Assembly: GCA_002498725.1 (NCBI GenBank)
Contig: DAIJ01000032.1
Coordinates: 1-62,704 of the forward strand
From: Euryarchaeota archaeon UBA23
GTDB taxonomy: Archaea; Thermoplasmatota; Poseidoniia; Poseidoniales; Thalassarchaeaceae
Direction of reading: 5' to 3'
Length of the DNA stretch: 62,704 nucleotides
Shown: positions 1-9,371 of the stretch, in pieces
How positions within the stretch are numbered: position 1 is the first letter of the stretch
How the letters are laid out: each line of letters opens with the position of its first letter
Position numbers and translations under genes: made by a program
The notes under the pieces: generated by a model
Told to the model about the DNA's origin: nothing
Seen by the model: only the letters and a program-made list of their open reading frames with translations
Databases searched by the model: none

Positions 1-412
1 TAATTGCTCCTGGTACTACAAAAAAGGAAAAAGCAATGACGCCTATTACTGAGGGGGGTTCCGCTGTGAAATCCTTGTCGAGTTTCGAAGAAACGGCTTC
101 GTCGTCGTCTCCCACGGCTGAGTCTCGGCCCCCCCACCAAGTCTGGTCCATAGACCATTTTTTCTCATGGTCTGTTTTTCCGAAACCCTCCGGAACACCC
201 CATTTCTTGATGTAGAAATCAACGGGAACAGCGCCATTTCCCCTATCTACGGCATAGTTCTCATCGTAAACATCCTCTACGACTGGTGCAGGCCCATCGT
301 ATGTCAAGTACCAATCTTCGGGGACATCTGGACCACTCTCAGTCCCATCTGGCCCAATCCAGTTATTTTTGGAAATTGGATCCTGGTCGCCATCATTATT
401 CTCAGGGCTCAT
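1..412 (-). CDS. Hypothetical acidic, probably membrane-anchored protein (3' end outside window)
   Basis: Read by hand: stop-free minus frame from ATG at 412 to the window edge, MSPENNDGDQDPISKNNWIGPDG...WWGGRDSAVGDDDE...VIGVIAFSFFVVPGAI; acidic N-terminus followed by the start of a hydrophobic segment; absent from the ORF track because it has no stop in the window. Confidence 0.7.
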   Translation of the reverse strand, partial: MSPENNDGDQDPISKNNWIGPDGTESGPDVPEDWYLTYDGPAPVVEDVYDENYAVDRGNGAVPVDFYIKKWGVPEGFGKTDHEKKWSMDQTWWGGRDSAVGDDDEAVSSKLDKDFTAEPPSVIGVIAFSFFVVPGAI

Positions 413-513
413 GTATTACGATAGATGGGGCCTTTTTTATTCATTTGTCATGCACCCTATCCAAGTAGATGTGATGTAAGAAATAGTAAAGGAGTTCACT
501 CCATCGGAGATTT

Positions 514-834
514 ATGGATAAATCATCTGTGATTAGGATGTGGGTAACCAACAAAAAGAACAAGGAAATCACAGCAGAAATGAGTGAATCCATGGTGGCC
601 TTTCTTTCAAGTGCAGTTGAACATGGTTGCATTGGTTCAACATTTGCTGAAGATGACGAACGTATCATTGCGTACACAAGATGGTCAGATGAGATGAAAT
701 TGGAACAATTTCGTTCGTCTGAGGAATACAAGATCCTAGAGGGGAAAATCATCCAATCATTTGCTTCTGCAGGCTTCGAAATCGCTGACGACATCATCTT
801 CAATTCAACTGCAACAATTTTGTTCACTAACTGA
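514..834 (+). CDS. Small protein, probable ABM-type (dimeric alpha/beta barrel) fold
   Basis: 106 aa; IIAYTRWSDE...F..SEEY pattern resembles ABM family; GGAG just upstream. Confidence 0.6.
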   Translation: MDKSSVIRMWVTNKKNKEITAEMSESMVAFLSSAVEHGCIGSTFAEDDERIIAYTRWSDEMKLEQFRSSEEYKILEGKIIQSFASAGFEIADDIIFNSTATILFTN

Positions 835-893
835 ACTAAGTGAAAATTTTTACACACCTATAAAATAATAACAAGTGCCCTATATGAAATTCC

Positions 894-1028
894 ATGCTGA
901 AACCTGGCATTCACTGGCAATGGCTGCAAGTCTGCTTAGCCTGGGCCTTATTCATGTGCCTCCTGTTCTACATCCTCAAGCAGCTAATGTTCGAAGAGGA
1001 TGCAGAGACAATTGGTGAAGACGAGTGA
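894..1028 (+). CDS. Small membrane protein (44 aa)
   Basis: MLKPGIHWQWLQVCLAWALFMCLLFYILKQLMFEEDAETIGEDE; one TM-like stretch and acidic tail; below the ORF-track cutoff. Confidence 0.5.
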   Translation: MLKPGIHWQWLQVCLAWALFMCLLFYILKQLMFEEDAETIGEDE

Positions 1029-1103
1029 CTACCAGTATCCTTTCTGAACCATAGAGTATCTAATTGGCAAACCAATCATAAAGGGGGCTAATTACGCTAG
1101 CAT

Positions 1104-1268
1104 ATGAAATCCATAGGTGATATCGAAGAAGATTTGGCGAACAAGGCTGAGCCAATCTTGGGATTCAAGCCGTCTTCAAAAATCAAGAGGGGACCGATTG
1201 GGATAATAATCAGCATAATTTGCATTGTAATTGTATTACTAGAATTGAACCGCTCAGGCGCAATTTAG
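1104..1268 (+). CDS. Small C-terminally anchored membrane protein (54 aa)
   Basis: MKSIGDIEEDLANKAEPILGFKPSSKIKRGPIGIIISIICIVIVLLELNRSGAI; single hydrophobic helix. Confidence 0.55.
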   Translation: MKSIGDIEEDLANKAEPILGFKPSSKIKRGPIGIIISIICIVIVLLELNRSGAI

Positions 1269-1418
1269 AATACCATTAGTCGTTCCAAGATGATGCGAAT
1301 CTATCACCTAAGACTACTATGCCAATTATCTCAGTTTTTTGGAATCTCCTTGGAAGAAATCCAATCTTACATTACAGGTAATAATGAGTATCAAAGTAAG
1401 TAAAGTTCGAACCGCAAG

Positions 1419-2255
1419 TCAATCAGATCTCAATTGACTATTTCTCCAGTTCAAGTAAGAATATGCTGGCAAGGACCAGAATATTACAGCAGCAAACCAT
1501 GCAAAAATAGTACCCCATATTAATCCATATTTTCCTAATGTAGTCATAGCCACCAATGCATACAGCCCTACAGAACCACCACCAAGTAACATTGGAGCAG
1601 CCGCTCCTCTAGGTACAGAAGATCCTTGAGAGATCCATAATGCAACCATGGAAGTAAGGAAAATAGCAGGAAATACAGAGGCTAAGCCTGCAATCAGAGG
1701 ATAGCCAAGTCCTGCTACCCAAACTGAAATTCCAATTGCAGTAGCAGCCATAGTTCCTCTAGCAATTAGAACTGATTTACTCACTTTGTTAGTTCCAGAG
1801 GGAGTTTCTCTGGGATTCCATCCTAATGTTAATCCAAAAGCCGCAGTAAGTATTACTCCGATAGAAGCTATTTCTTTAGAACTAAAGCCTCGTGTTTTAC
1901 CTTCTTCAATAATAAAAATTGCAGACATACCTACAATGGTCCAAACTACTAGCGATGCTATTGTTGTAGAGGTCAATCCTCTATTTTTACTCGTTTCAGA
2001 TAATTTTTCAGGTAAGTAAATCCACACCGAAAGAAAAATTGCATTTACTAACATACCAGAAGGAACAACAGAAAGACTAGCCATTAGATCAGTTTCATTC
2101 TGTGCAATCGCCATCCCTATTGCCGCTGGAACAATTGTTGTAGGCATGGTTCCTAGTGCCCCTCCAATTAATCCGCCATATTTCTCAATTAGAACTGTGA
2201 CTAAAGTAGCAACCAAACCTGCTGCTAGGGCCGCAGCCATAGTTTGTTCAATCAC
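1419..2255 (-). CDS. Integral membrane protein with two internally repeated halves (DUF3147/GlpM-like)
   Basis: 278 aa, about 8 hydrophobic segments; repeated motif GGLIGGALGTMPT / PLIAGLASVFPA. Confidence 0.7.
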   Translation of the reverse strand: MIEQTMAAALAAGLVATLVTVLIEKYGGLIGGALGTMPTTIVPAAIGMAIAQNETDLMASLSVVPSGMLVNAIFLSVWIYLPEKLSETSKNRGLTSTTIASLVVWTIVGMSAIFIIEEGKTRGFSSKEIASIGVILTAAFGLTLGWNPRETPSGTNKVSKSVLIARGTMAATAIGISVWVAGLGYPLIAGLASVFPAIFLTSMVALWISQGSSVPRGAAAPMLLGGGSVGLYALVAMTTLGKYGLIWGTIFAWFAAVIFWSLPAYSYLNWRNSQLRSD

Positions 2256-2289
2256 ATTATTGAGATGAGTAACCGGCTCATAATAGTGG

Positions 2290-3039
2290 TCATTTCGATT
2301 TATCTTTGACAGGGGCTATTATTTCTGAAGGAGGAATTCGATTAGCATTAAATGAATTTATTTTTCCATCATTTGGGTACCCTAAGCATATGCCACATAG
2401 CAAAGAATAGTTTTTACTAATTTCGAATTCTTTCCGCACAGCATCTTCCCAAATTGCTACTGCACCTTGAGCACAGGTACCTAATCCCTTTGCATGCGCC
2501 GACAACATCAGATTCTGCATGAAAAGCGCTGCATCAGAAGTTGCAAATTTCCCTAAACTTTTGTGAGTGAATAGAAAGAGTTCAACAGGCGCTCCAAAGA
2601 ATTCGTAATTTCTGGCCCAGAAAGCATCTCTTGCCTTTTTGTCATTTCTTTCCACACCAATATGCGTCAACATTTCTTTGCCTACTCTTCTCGACCGAGG
2701 CATCAAATCTTTGTGATATGGTTTGATTACTAACCAATTACTGGTTGGCAATCCCTTTCTTCTGAATATGGCTTTCAATTTAGCGAATAACCCCTCCCCG
2801 CGGGCACTTTTTATAGCCTCAAAACGGCTAAGAAAATCTTTTGAAATTCTATCTTTAACATCTTCCTTGGCTATTGCGACTACAAATGGCCTTGTGTTAC
2901 TCCAACTAGGAGATGTGAGTCCATCAGCAATGATTTCCTCTATTATTTCATCAGGAACCGGCGTTGACTTGAAATCTCTTGTTGAGCGTCTTGATGCAAC
3001 AAATGAACTGAAATTATTGGAGTCAAAATCATTGGTCAT
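2290..3039 (-). CDS. Nitroreductase family protein
   Basis: SRRSTRDF, SPSWSNTRP, FFGAP, LMLSAHAKGLGTC, ICLGYP motifs. Confidence 0.92.
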   Translation of the reverse strand: MTNDFDSNNFSSFVASRRSTRDFKSTPVPDEIIEEIIADGLTSPSWSNTRPFVVAIAKEDVKDRISKDFLSRFEAIKSARGEGLFAKLKAIFRRKGLPTSNWLVIKPYHKDLMPRSRRVGKEMLTHIGVERNDKKARDAFWARNYEFFGAPVELFLFTHKSLGKFATSDAALFMQNLMLSAHAKGLGTCAQGAVAIWEDAVRKEFEISKNYSLLCGICLGYPNDGKINSFNANRIPPSEIIAPVKDKSK

Positions 3040-3090
3040 TTCATTCCCTCTCTACTTATCCGAAGTAATATTATCAATAAATTACTGTAT

Positions 3091-3246
3091 CTACTCAATG
3101 TCATGTCCAACGTGACCTGTAATCTCATCCCAACATTCTTCTTCAGGATCTTTAACAACTCCTTCATCTGTTAGACAAGGATGATGGTTTGTGAAAATAT
3201 CTTCATGAGTTAACCAAGGTCTTACAACCCATGCAGTGACCTTCAT
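3091..3246 (-). CDS. Small His/Cys/acidic protein (51 aa)
   Basis: MKVTAWVVRPWLTHEDIFTNHHPCLTDEGVVKDPEEECWDEITGHVGHDIE; fills the gap between nitroreductase and gatD, same strand as nitroreductase. Confidence 0.55.
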   Translation of the reverse strand: MKVTAWVVRPWLTHEDIFTNHHPCLTDEGVVKDPEEECWDEITGHVGHDIE

Positions 3247-3338
3247 TGTATTGGCCAAAATAGATTCTTCAGATAAACTCGGCCCTTTGATGATCTTGAG
3301 CCGTTTATTTCATTGAGTAGTGCTTAGACGCGGAGTCA

Positions 3339-4685
3339 ATGGTGGATTGGCCAGAACCGGGTACTTCGGTTAAGGTAGTTGTAAAGACTTGGTCTGGAAT
3401 TGCCGAACATGAAGGCCTTTCACTTCCTAGTGCAGGACCAAATTTGGTTACTATGAAGTTAGCTAATGGATACAATGTTAGTTATCCAGAGTCATACATA
3501 GAATCAGTTGAATTGATTGAAGATATTCAGATAGTTGTTGAAGAAGAAACACAACCATCTCCACAAGATGAATCACTACCTCTTGTCCATCTAATACACA
3601 CTGGTGGAACAATTGCGTCAAAGGTTGATTATGCAACTGGGGCAGTTACTGCTAGATTTGAGCCACATGAATTATTGGATGCAGTACCCGAATTGAGATC
3701 AATAGCTAGGATACGAGCAATCAAGTTAGGAAATATGTGGTCAGATGATATTCGCCCCAGACACTGGAATCGTATGCTCCAAGCCACATCTGAAGCATTT
3801 TCAGAGGGAGCGGTTGGAGTTGTAATAACTCATGGTACTGACACTTTACATTTGAGTTCAGCCGCAATGGCATACGGTTGGGCTGGAAATGGGGGGAGAC
3901 CTCCTGGAAGAATAGCCCTTACCGGATCTCAGCGTTCACCAGATAGAGGATCCAGTGATGCGGCAGAGAATCTAATTGCAGCAGTACATTGGGCCGCTAA
4001 TGGGCCTAATCCAACAGGCTACAGAGATTCAAGTGTAGTAATCCTACATGATTCTTCTTCTGATGGAAAATGTGCAGTACTCCCGGGCGTCTCATGTCGG
4101 AAATATCACTCATCTAGAAGAGATGCTTTCCGCGCAATTAATCAGGGTCCAATTGCATATATTCTGAACGATGGTAACGGTCCAAGTATAGAGATGGCAG
4201 AACATGAACCGGCTGACGCCAGAGTAGAAGCGATATCTCCGATGTTATTCGATGAGAAAATCAGAATTGCACAGTTGATTGCAGACCCTCACCTTCATCC
4301 AGATCAAGTTAGAGTCACAATGGATGGCGGTTTTGATGCCATTTTGTTCCATGGAACTGGATTGGGACATTTGCCATTAATGGATCCACAGGAAGATTCT
4401 CCAGAAAATACGAGACTCAGATTAATGATTCAGGAATTCTGCGAATCTGAAGGTGTTGCAGTAGTTGTGGCTAATACGATTGAGGGCCCGATAAATCTCA
4501 ATGTATATGCGAAAGGCCGTGAGCAACAAGAGATAGGAATCATTGGTCATGGCTCAATGTGTCCTCCTTCATCAGGTCTCGTTAAATTACATCATTTACT
4601 TAGTCGAGGCGGAGGTCGTGAGATGGTCAAATCTGGATGGTCAGAAGATCTGTGTGGAGAGAACCCTCATGATTCTCGCGAGTGA
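3339..4685 (+). CDS. gatD: Glu-tRNA(Gln) amidotransferase subunit D
   Basis: N-terminal GatD domain (MKLANGYNV), asparaginase motifs HTGGTIASKVDY, HGTDT, GSQRSPDRGSSD, RKYHSSRRDAF. Confidence 0.95.
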   Translation: MVDWPEPGTSVKVVVKTWSGIAEHEGLSLPSAGPNLVTMKLANGYNVSYPESYIESVELIEDIQIVVEEETQPSPQDESLPLVHLIHTGGTIASKVDYATGAVTARFEPHELLDAVPELRSIARIRAIKLGNMWSDDIRPRHWNRMLQATSEAFSEGAVGVVITHGTDTLHLSSAAMAYGWAGNGGRPPGRIALTGSQRSPDRGSSDAAENLIAAVHWAANGPNPTGYRDSSVVILHDSSSDGKCAVLPGVSCRKYHSSRRDAFRAINQGPIAYILNDGNGPSIEMAEHEPADARVEAISPMLFDEKIRIAQLIADPHLHPDQVRVTMDGGFDAILFHGTGLGHLPLMDPQEDSPENTRLRLMIQEFCESEGVAVVVANTIEGPINLNVYAKGREQQEIGIIGHGSMCPPSSGLVKLHHLLSRGGGREMVKSGWSEDLCGENPHDSRE

Positions 4686-4690
4686 TTTTC

Positions 4691-5779
4691 ATGTCATCTC
4701 CGTATAACTCATTTGTATTTCCTAGAACTGGTTTAGAAGTCCGTAATCGTTCCGTAGTTGCGGCTATGACAAATAAGCAGAGTAATCCGGATGGAACTCT
4801 TTCAGATGATGAGATCAATTGGCTACTTCGTAGAGCAGAGGGTGGATTTGGAATAGTAACAACAGCCGCCACGCACGTCGTTTCAGAGGGCCAAGGCTGG
4901 GATGGAGAGATGGGCGTCTGGGGTGACCATCAATTGCCTGGTTTGACCCGTTTAGCGACTGGAATCAATGAACACGGAGCAGTTTCCTTAGCGCAGATTT
5001 TCCATGGTGGAATGCGCTGTCCTCAGAGACTGACAGGAGTCCAGCCTGTATCTGCGAGTATCAATCCAACAAGCGATTCAGATAACGGTGAAACAAGGGC
5101 ATTGGAAGATTCTGAGATCGAGGAATTAATCGAGGCTTTTGCCATAGCGGCAGCTCGTTGCGAAAAAGCCGGTTTTGATGGGGTTGAGATACATGGTGCT
5201 CATGGATATCTTGTCTGCCAATTCCTAGGAATCGAGACCAATCGTAGAGAGGATAGGTGGGGCGGCTCACTAGAGAATAGAGCCCGCTTCTTGCTTCAAA
5301 TCATTGAGAGAATTAGGGAGGTTACTGACGATGATTTCCTGCTTGGAGTTCGGATATCTCCAGAGTACGAAAAAATCGGAGTCTTGCTTGAAGACTCTCT
5401 AGACTTAGTCGATATGCTGGTAGAATCAGGCATAGATTTCCTACACATTTCTTGTTGGGATTGCTTCACCCCACCTGCCCATCATGATGATTCTCGAATG
5501 TTGACAGAAATCTTCGCTGAGCGTCTTGCAAATAGATTGCCAATGATTACCTGTGGAGCTGTTTGGTCGACCGCTCAAGCGCAGGAAGTTATGAATCAGG
5601 GTGCTGATTTGGTCGCCGTCGCTCGTTCAGCAATTGGTCATGCAAATTGGGCAAGTCATCTAGGTGACTCAGAATACGATCCACAACGCCCGCCGTTCAC
5701 TGCTGAGCATCTCTTGGATGAGGGACTCAGCGAGAAATTTGTTGACTACATGCGGGCTTGGCAAGGATTCGTAGTTTGA
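4691..5779 (+). CDS. NADH:flavin oxidoreductase (Old Yellow Enzyme family)
   Basis: RNR..AAMT, QIFHGG, AGFDGVEIHGAHGYL, NRREDRWGGSLENRARF. Confidence 0.93.
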   Translation: MSSPYNSFVFPRTGLEVRNRSVVAAMTNKQSNPDGTLSDDEINWLLRRAEGGFGIVTTAATHVVSEGQGWDGEMGVWGDHQLPGLTRLATGINEHGAVSLAQIFHGGMRCPQRLTGVQPVSASINPTSDSDNGETRALEDSEIEELIEAFAIAAARCEKAGFDGVEIHGAHGYLVCQFLGIETNRREDRWGGSLENRARFLLQIIERIREVTDDDFLLGVRISPEYEKIGVLLEDSLDLVDMLVESGIDFLHISCWDCFTPPAHHDDSRMLTEIFAERLANRLPMITCGAVWSTAQAQEVMNQGADLVAVARSAIGHANWASHLGDSEYDPQRPPFTAEHLLDEGLSEKFVDYMRAWQGFVV

Positions 5780-5828
5780 GTCGTTTTGGCCGCTTCTATG
5801 AATAACCGTTTGTCATTTGGAGTAGATA

Positions 5829-7379
5829 ATGGCGGGCTCTTCGGATTCGGATAATCTCGATGCAATGCGTCAAGAAGCACTCAATGCAGCCGACCGGATA
5901 AGTATGCAAAATCTACGAAAATCAGGTCGTCAGACCGCTCGAGAACGTATCTCAATTCTTCTTGATTCTGATTCATTCATCGAGGTTGATGCCTTTGTTC
6001 AACATCGATCAGGCGACTTCAACATGCATTTACATCGACCATTTGGAGACGGTGTTGTAGCGGGTCATGGAAAGATAGATGGCAGAAGAGTAGTATGTTT
6101 TTCACAAGATTATGCAATTTTTGATGGAACTATGGGTGAAATGCATGCTAGGAAGATTGCAAAGGTCGCCGAATTTGCCGAAAAATCACAATTACCACTA
6201 ATTGGTATTTGGGATGGAGACGGGCAGAGGGTGCATGATGGCGTCCCATCTTTAGGAGCCACAGGAGAATTACTCGATATTTTGGTCGCCTGTTCTGGTC
6301 GAGTTCCAATTTTTTCAATAATTTTAGGAACAGTTTCTGGAGTCAGTGCTCTAGCAGCTGGCCTTTCTGACTTCGTTATTCTCTCAGATGATCATGGACA
6401 GATGTTCATGCGATCACCTTATTTTATTCCAGAAATCACTTCTGGTGAACTCACTCAAGAAAGTCTCGGTGGAGCAAATGCTCATGCAAGCAGATCAGGA
6501 CTTGCCTGTATGGTTGCAGAAGATGAAGAAGATGCGATTCTTTCTGCAATAGAAATTCTTTCTTATCTCCCAGATCACACTCTAGCAGAACCCGAATTTT
6601 TACCTAGTTCGGATTCTCCAGATAGGACTTGTAAGGAACTAAACAAAATAGTTCCTGCGGATTCAAACCGTCCATATGATATGAGGAAAGTAATCACTGA
6701 AGTAGTAGATGAAGGTAGATTCTTAGAACTCTTCCAGACATATGCTGAGAATATAGTAATAGGATTTGCGAGATTAGATGGGAAGTCAATTGGGGTTGTC
6801 GGGAATCAACCAAAAATACTAGCAGGTTGTCTAGATATTGATGCATCAGTTAAGGCAGCACGTTTCATACGTACTTGTGACGCTTTCAATATCCCAGTTG
6901 TCACATTTGTAGATGTTCCTGGGTTTTTGCCAGGAACTGTGCAAGAGTGGGGTGGAATTATTCGTCATGGCGCTAAATTGCTCTATGCTTATGCTGAAGC
7001 CACAATTCCAAAACTTACTGTAGTAACTAGAAAGGCATACGGAGGTGCCTATCTTGCCATGTCATGCAAACACCTTCGCTCAGATTACAACATATCTTGG
7101 CCTACAGGAGAATTAGCCGTGATGGGTGCTGAAGGGGCTGTAAATATCATCCACAGGGCAGAATTAGCAGAGGCAGAAGATCCTCAATCAACACATTCCG
7201 AACTTGTTGAGGAATATCGAAGAAAGTTCGGTGACCCCTATGTTGCTGCCCGAAATGGGTGGCTTGACGATGTAATTGAACCTGAACAAACTCGTCACAA
7301 ATTGATTCAGGCTCTCAGACCTCTAAGTAGTAAGAGGGAATGGATCCCCCCGAAAAAGCATGGTAACATACCACTTTGA
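5829..7379 (+). CDS. pccB: Acyl-CoA carboxylase carboxyltransferase (beta) subunit, PccB-like; N-terminal half divergent
   Basis: TARERI..LLD, GDGVVAG.G.IDGR, DVPGFLPG, RKAYGGAY, C-terminal KKHGNIPL. Confidence 0.88.
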   Translation: MAGSSDSDNLDAMRQEALNAADRISMQNLRKSGRQTARERISILLDSDSFIEVDAFVQHRSGDFNMHLHRPFGDGVVAGHGKIDGRRVVCFSQDYAIFDGTMGEMHARKIAKVAEFAEKSQLPLIGIWDGDGQRVHDGVPSLGATGELLDILVACSGRVPIFSIILGTVSGVSALAAGLSDFVILSDDHGQMFMRSPYFIPEITSGELTQESLGGANAHASRSGLACMVAEDEEDAILSAIEILSYLPDHTLAEPEFLPSSDSPDRTCKELNKIVPADSNRPYDMRKVITEVVDEGRFLELFQTYAENIVIGFARLDGKSIGVVGNQPKILAGCLDIDASVKAARFIRTCDAFNIPVVTFVDVPGFLPGTVQEWGGIIRHGAKLLYAYAEATIPKLTVVTRKAYGGAYLAMSCKHLRSDYNISWPTGELAVMGAEGAVNIIHRAELAEAEDPQSTHSELVEEYRRKFGDPYVAARNGWLDDVIEPEQTRHKLIQALRPLSSKREWIPPKKHGNIPL

Positions 7380-7622
7380 ATATATTTACACTCCCACAAG
7401 TGATGGCAATGGTTGAAGATCAAAAGGAAGACCAATGGTGGGATTTGGGCCCAGAGGGAATCCCTTGGGAAAGGTATCCTGGCGTTGTTACTTGGGATAT
7501 TGACCATGCCTCTAATGTTCGTTTTCTCATGACAGTTCAACATCTTGAAACGAGTGAAAAAATATTCCATAATGTGAATTATCGGCATAACACTCAAGTC
7601 AAGAGCCATGTTCCGCAAATCT

Positions 7623-9368
7623 ATGAGCAATAGGCCTGTTTCACTCTTTATTTCTATATTATTACTAACCTCTGTTGCACCTGTTGCCTTAGCCTCAGCA
7701 CCTTCGGACTCTAATATTTGGGGTATTACTTATGATTGGGCGAATCTCGATGATGACCAAGAAACGTTGACTGGTGTTAGCCCGATGCAATTTTTTGAGG
7801 ATCTAGAACTGGCTGCAATGATTGCTAAGTTCGACCTTGATGCACTAAGTGTCATTAGCGGCAACACATTACTTTTTATTGAACAATGGGAAGATGATGG
7901 AACTACACAAATCCAAGATGGAGATGGGGATATACATACAGTAATTGTACGTAATACCGAAATCACCCTAAGGCATGGTTCACGCAATGATCAAGGAGTT
8001 ATTACCAGTTGGCAAGATGGTAATTCATCGATTGATATTTCCTATCGAGCAGCCCAAAATGCAATAGCCGTATTCGACATTTTATACACAGAATATCTCA
8101 CCACCAATCTTGAGCATATTGGTGGTGATATGAGTATTACTGGTTCTACCAATCAAGAATCTGAATTACAGTTAGAAGTTGATGTTCAAGGAGGTGGTGA
8201 ATCATTTGATGCTGATATCGAATTTGAAGTCTCATCGGGATTCTCTGTTGATTCAATCACCTCTGAATGGCGTACTCTTGAACCCATAGGTCTACTTCGG
8301 AACATGTCTTATGATGGGGCTGAATTGAATAGTTGTTGGGATTCATGTGGTATGGTCAGCGGCGATTACTTAGTTTCAGCTAATTATGATTTTTCATTGT
8401 CAGGAGTTCCTACCGATGAATTAGGCCTTTCAGCAGATATCCTTGACCTCTCTATAAGCGATACAGTAACCTCAGCCGGAGCGTTCTATGAAGACTTTGA
8501 CACAAGATTCTATGCTGGCGAAAAAACCCCTGCATGCAATGGCCTCAATCCAGAAATGGAAGTGAATTTAGGTGTCGGAACAGATGTAGAGGTGCAGTGC
8601 AGACAAGTGCTACCTCCATTTTCCCCAGGATTACTTGGTATGGCCGCAGTATCAATTATCTCCTCATTTACTGACAGTTCCTCATTCGAGGCGGCTTCTC
8701 AGGAACTTGCGGAGGAAATCGAATCTATTGCGGACGATGTCGAAGATGAAATCGTTGACGAAGAAGACGATGATTCATCTGCTGATGACATATTTGTGTG
8801 TGATGATGGAACTGAAATTCCGGCATACTGGGTAAATGATGGAGAAGAAGATTGTCCGGACGGTTCGGATGAATATGGAACAGAACTTGATGGCCCGGAA
8901 GCCATGATAGAGGCATGGTCAAACTCAGACCTAGGGTCTACTATGTCTACATTCATAGAAACACTTAACGAACTACTAAGTGATAATGTTGAGAATCCAG
9001 TTATTGAGCTGGAAAATGCTTGTTTAACCACTCTCTGGGACTCATCCGAATCAATGGTTGTAGGTGCTGCTTGGATGCAAGATGGATACATGATTGTAGG
9101 TCCAGAAATAGATGGAGTTGGCGACCATAATGTGCAATTTGGAATAGATTATCTTGTTGGTGATGATGCTCGCGCTGCCCAGGCTGAAGCATCTAACCTA
9201 GACAATTTGGGTGGTCTTGCCCCTCCCTCACAACATGATGCTAGAGAAGTGGATGGACTGGTCGGTGAAGAGGAAGCGGAATCAGGCCTCTTTGTCCCAG
9301 CAGTAAGTATGCTTTCGACTCTAGCACTTTTGGGGGCATCTGCATTATCCCAAAGACGGAATGAGTGA
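7623..9368 (+). CDS. Secreted acidic cell-surface protein with LDL-receptor class A-like motif and C-terminal sorting/anchor segment
   Basis: Signal peptide (VSLFISILLLTSVAPVALA), FVCDDGTEIPAYWVNDGEEDCPDGSDE, C-terminal VPAVSMLSTLALLGASALSQRR. Confidence 0.8.
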   Translation: MSNRPVSLFISILLLTSVAPVALASAPSDSNIWGITYDWANLDDDQETLTGVSPMQFFEDLELAAMIAKFDLDALSVISGNTLLFIEQWEDDGTTQIQDGDGDIHTVIVRNTEITLRHGSRNDQGVITSWQDGNSSIDISYRAAQNAIAVFDILYTEYLTTNLEHIGGDMSITGSTNQESELQLEVDVQGGGESFDADIEFEVSSGFSVDSITSEWRTLEPIGLLRNMSYDGAELNSCWDSCGMVSGDYLVSANYDFSLSGVPTDELGLSADILDLSISDTVTSAGAFYEDFDTRFYAGEKTPACNGLNPEMEVNLGVGTDVEVQCRQVLPPFSPGLLGMAAVSIISSFTDSSSFEAASQELAEEIESIADDVEDEIVDEEDDDSSADDIFVCDDGTEIPAYWVNDGEEDCPDGSDEYGTELDGPEAMIEAWSNSDLGSTMSTFIETLNELLSDNVENPVIELENACLTTLWDSSESMVVGAAWMQDGYMIVGPEIDGVGDHNVQFGIDYLVGDDARAAQAEASNLDNLGGLAPPSQHDAREVDGLVGEEEAESGLFVPAVSMLSTLALLGASALSQRRNE

Positions 9369-9371
9369 TTG

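Noticed and set aside
167-424. 85-aa plus-strand ORF in the track
   Set aside because: Antisense shadow of the longer open minus-strand frame starting at 412
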